From Gemmatales bacterium (GTDB lineage: Bacteria > Planctomycetota > Planctomycetia > Gemmatales > HRBIN36), in the NCBI GenBank assembly GCA_041640595.1, contig JBEPZY010000003.1, forward strand, positions 52,673 to 116,672: a DNA stretch of 64,000 nt. The letters are read 5' to 3'. Shown one piece after another: positions 60,558 through 64,000 of this stretch; position 1 is the first letter of the stretch; each line of letters starts with the position of its first letter. Position numbers and translations under genes: made by a program. The notes under the pieces are model-generated. The model saw only the letters and a list, made by a program, of their open reading frames with translations. It did not search any database and was not told the origin of the DNA.

Positions 60558-61178
60558 CTACCAGTTACGCTCCGTATAGTCCCATTTGCGAAAACCATCC
60601 GGTGTGCCCCACTCCTCTACCTTCTTGCTATAAGGGAAATAAGACACCTCGAGGGAGTAACAATCACCAACGATGAACGTGGGATGTCCCGCGTGTGGCT
60701 CAGTAAAATAGAACCCGCAGCTGAACGACTGTATTAGACAATCGAATGTAACAGTCTCTCCCACCGGCAGCCAGAAGGCCATGCTATACAGGTCTTCAGC
60801 TATAATCACAGGCTTAGAAGTGGAATTAACCAATCTGAGGAACGTTACGAATGGGGGCGAGGTCAAGGGCTGGGGAGTCGTACAACCTGACTTCGAGAGA
60901 ACCAGCTCCTGCAGGCGCGAGATATATGCTAGCGTCGGAAAGACATTATTCCAGACCTCGAGGCGATTGCCGTTAGTATCAATTTCAATCTCCGCCGCTG
61001 ATTGAAGGAGGAAAACTACTGGCTGCTGATTGAAATCGCGTAGAACTAAGTGGAATCTAGGCCAAAAGGCGTAATGCGACGGCAGTCGTCCTAAGCAAAG
61101 GCGCGCTTCGGTATTAGCAATCGTCGCCCGGGCACCCGTTGTTCTATTTCTATTCCCTAAGCTCAGAAGTAAGTCCAT
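60558..61178 (-). CDS. Putative immunity protein, subtype 2, copy A
   Basis: 206 aa; near-identical to 62672-63292 and paralogous to 61200-61814; GGAG RBS-like site. Confidence 0.7.
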   Translation of the reverse strand: MDLLLSLGNRNRTTGARATIANTEARLCLGRLPSHYAFWPRFHLVLRDFNQQPVVFLLQSAAEIEIDTNGNRLEVWNNVFPTLAYISRLQELVLSKSGCTTPQPLTSPPFVTFLRLVNSTSKPVIIAEDLYSMAFWLPVGETVTFDCLIQSFSCGFYFTEPHAGHPTFIVGDCYSLEVSYFPYSKKVEEWGTPDGFRKWDYTERNW

Positions 61179-61199
61179 CTTCCCGCACTCCGCCTTGTG

Positions 61200-61814
61200 T
61201 CAGGGACTCTCCCAAAATCCCCCCAGCCCCGGTGGAACGCCCCACGATCGTACCTTCTCCAGGTGTTCCTCCGCTATTTGGAGGGTCGTATAGTCGTCTA
61301 ATCCAAAAAGAAGGTGTCCATCATGGTATCCGTCAAATGCAAGAGTAGTGGAATCTGACGCCGGATCGATACAATCGAGCAAAACTTCTTCTCCTGCGGG
61401 TAGCCAAAATGCTGAGCTCAGCAGGGCTTCACATATAACAATGCGCTCGGGAGTGTTGTTTCGTATCCTGAGAAACGGGATGCGAACTGAGCCATCAGGT
61501 GTTTCTTCGACTTTCGAGCGAGACGGGCCGAGAACGTCCTTTATGGCTATCAGGCGCGGAGTCGGGTAAATTTCTAACCTGTTGCCTCCGGGATCTAACT
61601 CAAGTTCGCTAACACTCCTTATCGTCACGGTCAGAGCATGCCCATAAAATTCCGGAATGCATAATAAAAGCTTTGAGCAAGTCGAAAGTAGCCCATACGG
61701 CAATGATCTCGATAAGCAGAGTAGCAATGAGCTTTGATTAATCGCGACTATAGCGTCTCGATCTTCCATCCCATTGAAGAGGGTTAATATCATTTGCATC
61801 GCGTGGTCTCCCAC
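61200..61814 (-). CDS. Putative immunity protein, subtype 1, copy A
   Basis: 204 aa; similar to 63314-63925; overlaps the upstream toxin-like ORF. Confidence 0.7.
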   Translation of the reverse strand: MGDHAMQMILTLFNGMEDRDAIVAINQSSLLLCLSRSLPYGLLSTCSKLLLCIPEFYGHALTVTIRSVSELELDPGGNRLEIYPTPRLIAIKDVLGPSRSKVEETPDGSVRIPFLRIRNNTPERIVICEALLSSAFWLPAGEEVLLDCIDPASDSTTLAFDGYHDGHLLFGLDDYTTLQIAEEHLEKVRSWGVPPGLGGFWESP

Positions 61815-62305
61815 GGCGTCCTCTTCACCTTGGACAACACAAGGGGTGGGCTGCTCTTTAGTTGCCGTACTTTTTGATTAGATAAGCTATGGAATTCCAT
61901 TAGTTGCGCCCTGATAGGCGCTGTGTCTCCTCCTGCCCCGACCCTCGCAGCGTGCCAATATGCTTCTGCGATGTTCATCGCATGCTGAGGTGTCAGACGA
62001 TGGCTCTTCCACTCCGTTACCAGGCGCGTTATCGCCGTTATATCATTATTCTTTTCTAAACCGACAAGTTCTTCCAAGAGAGCCTTTGCCTGAGCAGGTC
62101 CACTTCCCCATTTTACTACCTCCCGGGCGAACGTTGGATTGTCCATACCCTCACGTACAGCCTGGATAGCTGCCTTAAGCGGGTTTGACCGGCTTCTCTC
62201 AACAAACTGTTTAGCAAGGGCTCTTTCGGCTGCCAGCGAAGCGAGCACTACATTTGCAAGGGAATCCCCCAGAAAACTCATGTATTGAACGGTCAGTTCC
62301 CGCAT
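61790..62305 (-). pseudogene. Orphan polymorphic-toxin tip (DUF4951-like by recalled motif)
   Basis: FAREVVKWGSGPAQAKA...AY...TAPIRAQLM; 5' end abuts the 100-bp repeat. Confidence 0.5.
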
Positions 62306-62307
62306 CG

Positions 62308-62490
62308 CTTCGCGTCAGCATGTCGAACCATTCATAACCGCATCGAACCACACCACCGGACCGCAGGGAACGGCTTGGCGGTAAAGAAAATTTACCCAGC
62401 ACGTACCCTTCGCGTCCGCATGTGGAACCATTCATATCTGCGTCGAACCACACCACCGGGCAGCAGTGAACGGCTTGGCGGTAAAGAAGA
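62308..62490. repeat. Second pair of 100-bp repeats (first unit partial)
   Basis: Matches 60196-60379. Confidence 0.9.
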
Positions 62491-62671
62491 CTAGGGCCAG
62501 CTGCCAGAAGCTGGACTCACTGTCCGCCACGGCGACCGCCCCGGCGGTAAAAGACGTTGAACGATGAAGCGGCACTGCGCATGCTCGCCCACGCCGTTCG
62601 CCACGTTAGTTTTCGACTGCAACCAGCCACGTTTTCGACGGAGCGATTCCAGTTCTAAGCTTTCGGCAGGG

Positions 62672-63292
62672 CTACCAGTTACACTCCTTATAATCCCATT
62701 TGCGAAAACCATCCGGTGTGCCCCACTCCTCTACCTTCTTGCTATAAGGGAAATAAGACACCTCGAGGGAGTAACAATCACCAACGATGAACGTGGGATG
62801 TCCCGCGTGTGGCTCAGTAAAATAGAACCCGCAGCTGAACGACTGTATTAGACAATCGAATGTAACAGTCTCTCCCACCGGCAGCCAGAAGGCCATGCTA
62901 TACAGGTCTTCAGCTATAATCACAGGCTTAGAAGTGGAATTAACCAATCTGAGGAACGTTACGAATGGGGGCGAGGTCAAGGGCTGGGGAGTCGTACAAC
63001 CTGACTTCGAGAGAACCAGCTCCTGCAGGCGCGAGATATATGCTAGCGTCGGAAAGACATTATTCCAGACCTCGAGGCGATTGCCGTTAGTATCAATTTC
63101 AATCTCCGCCGCTGATTGAAGGAGGAAAACTACTGGCTGCTGATTGAAATCGCGTAGAACCAAATGGAATCTAGGGCAAAAGCCATAATACGAAGGCAAT
63201 CGCCACATGCAAAGGCGCGCGTCGATATTAGCAATCGTTGCCCGGGCACCCGTCGTTCTATTTCTATTGCCTAAGCTTAGAAGTATGTCCAT
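62672..63292 (-). CDS. Putative immunity protein, subtype 2, copy B
   Basis: 206 aa paralogue offset 2114 bp from copy A. Confidence 0.7.
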   Translation of the reverse strand: MDILLSLGNRNRTTGARATIANIDARLCMWRLPSYYGFCPRFHLVLRDFNQQPVVFLLQSAAEIEIDTNGNRLEVWNNVFPTLAYISRLQELVLSKSGCTTPQPLTSPPFVTFLRLVNSTSKPVIIAEDLYSMAFWLPVGETVTFDCLIQSFSCGFYFTEPHAGHPTFIVGDCYSLEVSYFPYSKKVEEWGTPDGFRKWDYKECNW

Positions 63293-63313
63293 CTTCCCGC
63301 ACTCCGCCTTGTG

Positions 63314-63925
63314 TCAGGGACTCTCCCAAAATCCCCCCAGCCCCGGTGGAACGCCCCACGATCGTACTTTTTCCAAATGTTCGTCAGCTATTTGGAGGGT
63401 CTCATAACCCTCTAATTTAAAGAGAAGTTGTCCGCAATGGTAGCCGTAGAATGAAATAATGGATTCTGATGCCGGTTCGATACAATCGAGCAAAACTTCT
63501 TCTCCCGCGGGTAGGTAAAATGCTGAGTCAAACGCGGGTTCACATATAACAATGCGCTCGGGAGTGTTGTTTCGTATCCTGAGAAACGGGATGCGAATTG
63601 ACCCATCAGGTGTTTCTTCGACTTTCGAGCGAGACGGGCCGAGCACGTCCTTTATGGCTATCAGGCGCGGAGTCGGGTAAATTTCTAACCTGTTCCCTCC
63701 GGGATCTAACTCAAGTTCGCTAACACTCCTTATCGTCACGGTCAAAGGATGCCCATAAAATTCCGGAATGCATAACAGAAGCTCGCTAATTTTTTCTAGT
63801 GACCCCCACGGCAATGATCTCGACAAGCAGAGTAGCAACGAACTGTGATTGATCGCGACCGTAGCGTCTCGATCATTCATGCAATTATAAAGGCTTAATA
63901 CCATCTGCATACGTGACTCTCCCAC
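63314..63925 (-). CDS. Putative immunity protein, subtype 1, copy B
   Basis: 203 aa paralogue; preceded at the window edge by a variant toxin tail SLSNQKIRQIK. Confidence 0.7.
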   Translation of the reverse strand: MGESRMQMVLSLYNCMNDRDATVAINHSSLLLCLSRSLPWGSLEKISELLLCIPEFYGHPLTVTIRSVSELELDPGGNRLEIYPTPRLIAIKDVLGPSRSKVEETPDGSIRIPFLRIRNNTPERIVICEPAFDSAFYLPAGEEVLLDCIEPASESIISFYGYHCGQLLFKLEGYETLQIADEHLEKVRSWGVPPGLGGFWESP

Positions 63926-64000
63926 GGCCTCATGTTCGCCTTGAACAATCCAAATGGTCGCCTGCTCTTTATTTGCCGTATTTTTTGATTAGATAAGCTA

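Noticed and set aside
60558..63292. Diversity-generating retroelement (TR/VR) explanation for the duplicated genes
   Set aside because: Differences involve all four bases and many are synonymous; no adenine-specific pattern and no reverse transcriptase in the window

Overview
GC-rich bacterial chromosomal window, most likely a planctomycete of the Gemmata-like group. This is inferred from signal-peptide HEAT-repeat proteins, a TIGR03000-type protein, an ECF sigma/anti-sigma pair, a membrane Ser/Thr kinase and planctomycete-style Flp pilins. Core genes include a MaoC dehydratase, P-type ATPase, FAD oxidoreductase, rluD, nikR, a LarA-like protein, ribD, an Udh-like SDR and a zincin. Accessory content: (i) an AT-richer island (about 20.0-27.8 kb) holding a truncated RHS gene and several orphan RHS-tip/immunity modules; (ii) a Tad/Flp pilus operon with twin Cys-extended pilins and no secretin in the window; (iii) a 2.11 kb duplicated toxin-tip plus double-immunity cassette bounded by 100-bp repeats at the right edge; (iv) four large BIME-like mosaics of a covarying REP hairpin joined by a small reusable set of linkers; (v) a 124-bp structured tandem array. 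The least expected signal is that at least nine unrelated loci, one inside a CDS, carry local direct repeats with a period of about 71-76 bp, suggesting a length-biased duplication process. A three-repeat CRISPR-like mini-array (period 65-67 bp) lies after ribD. I recognised no rRNA, tRNA, cas, integrase or transposase gene. All family assignments are by eye from motifs, not database searches.
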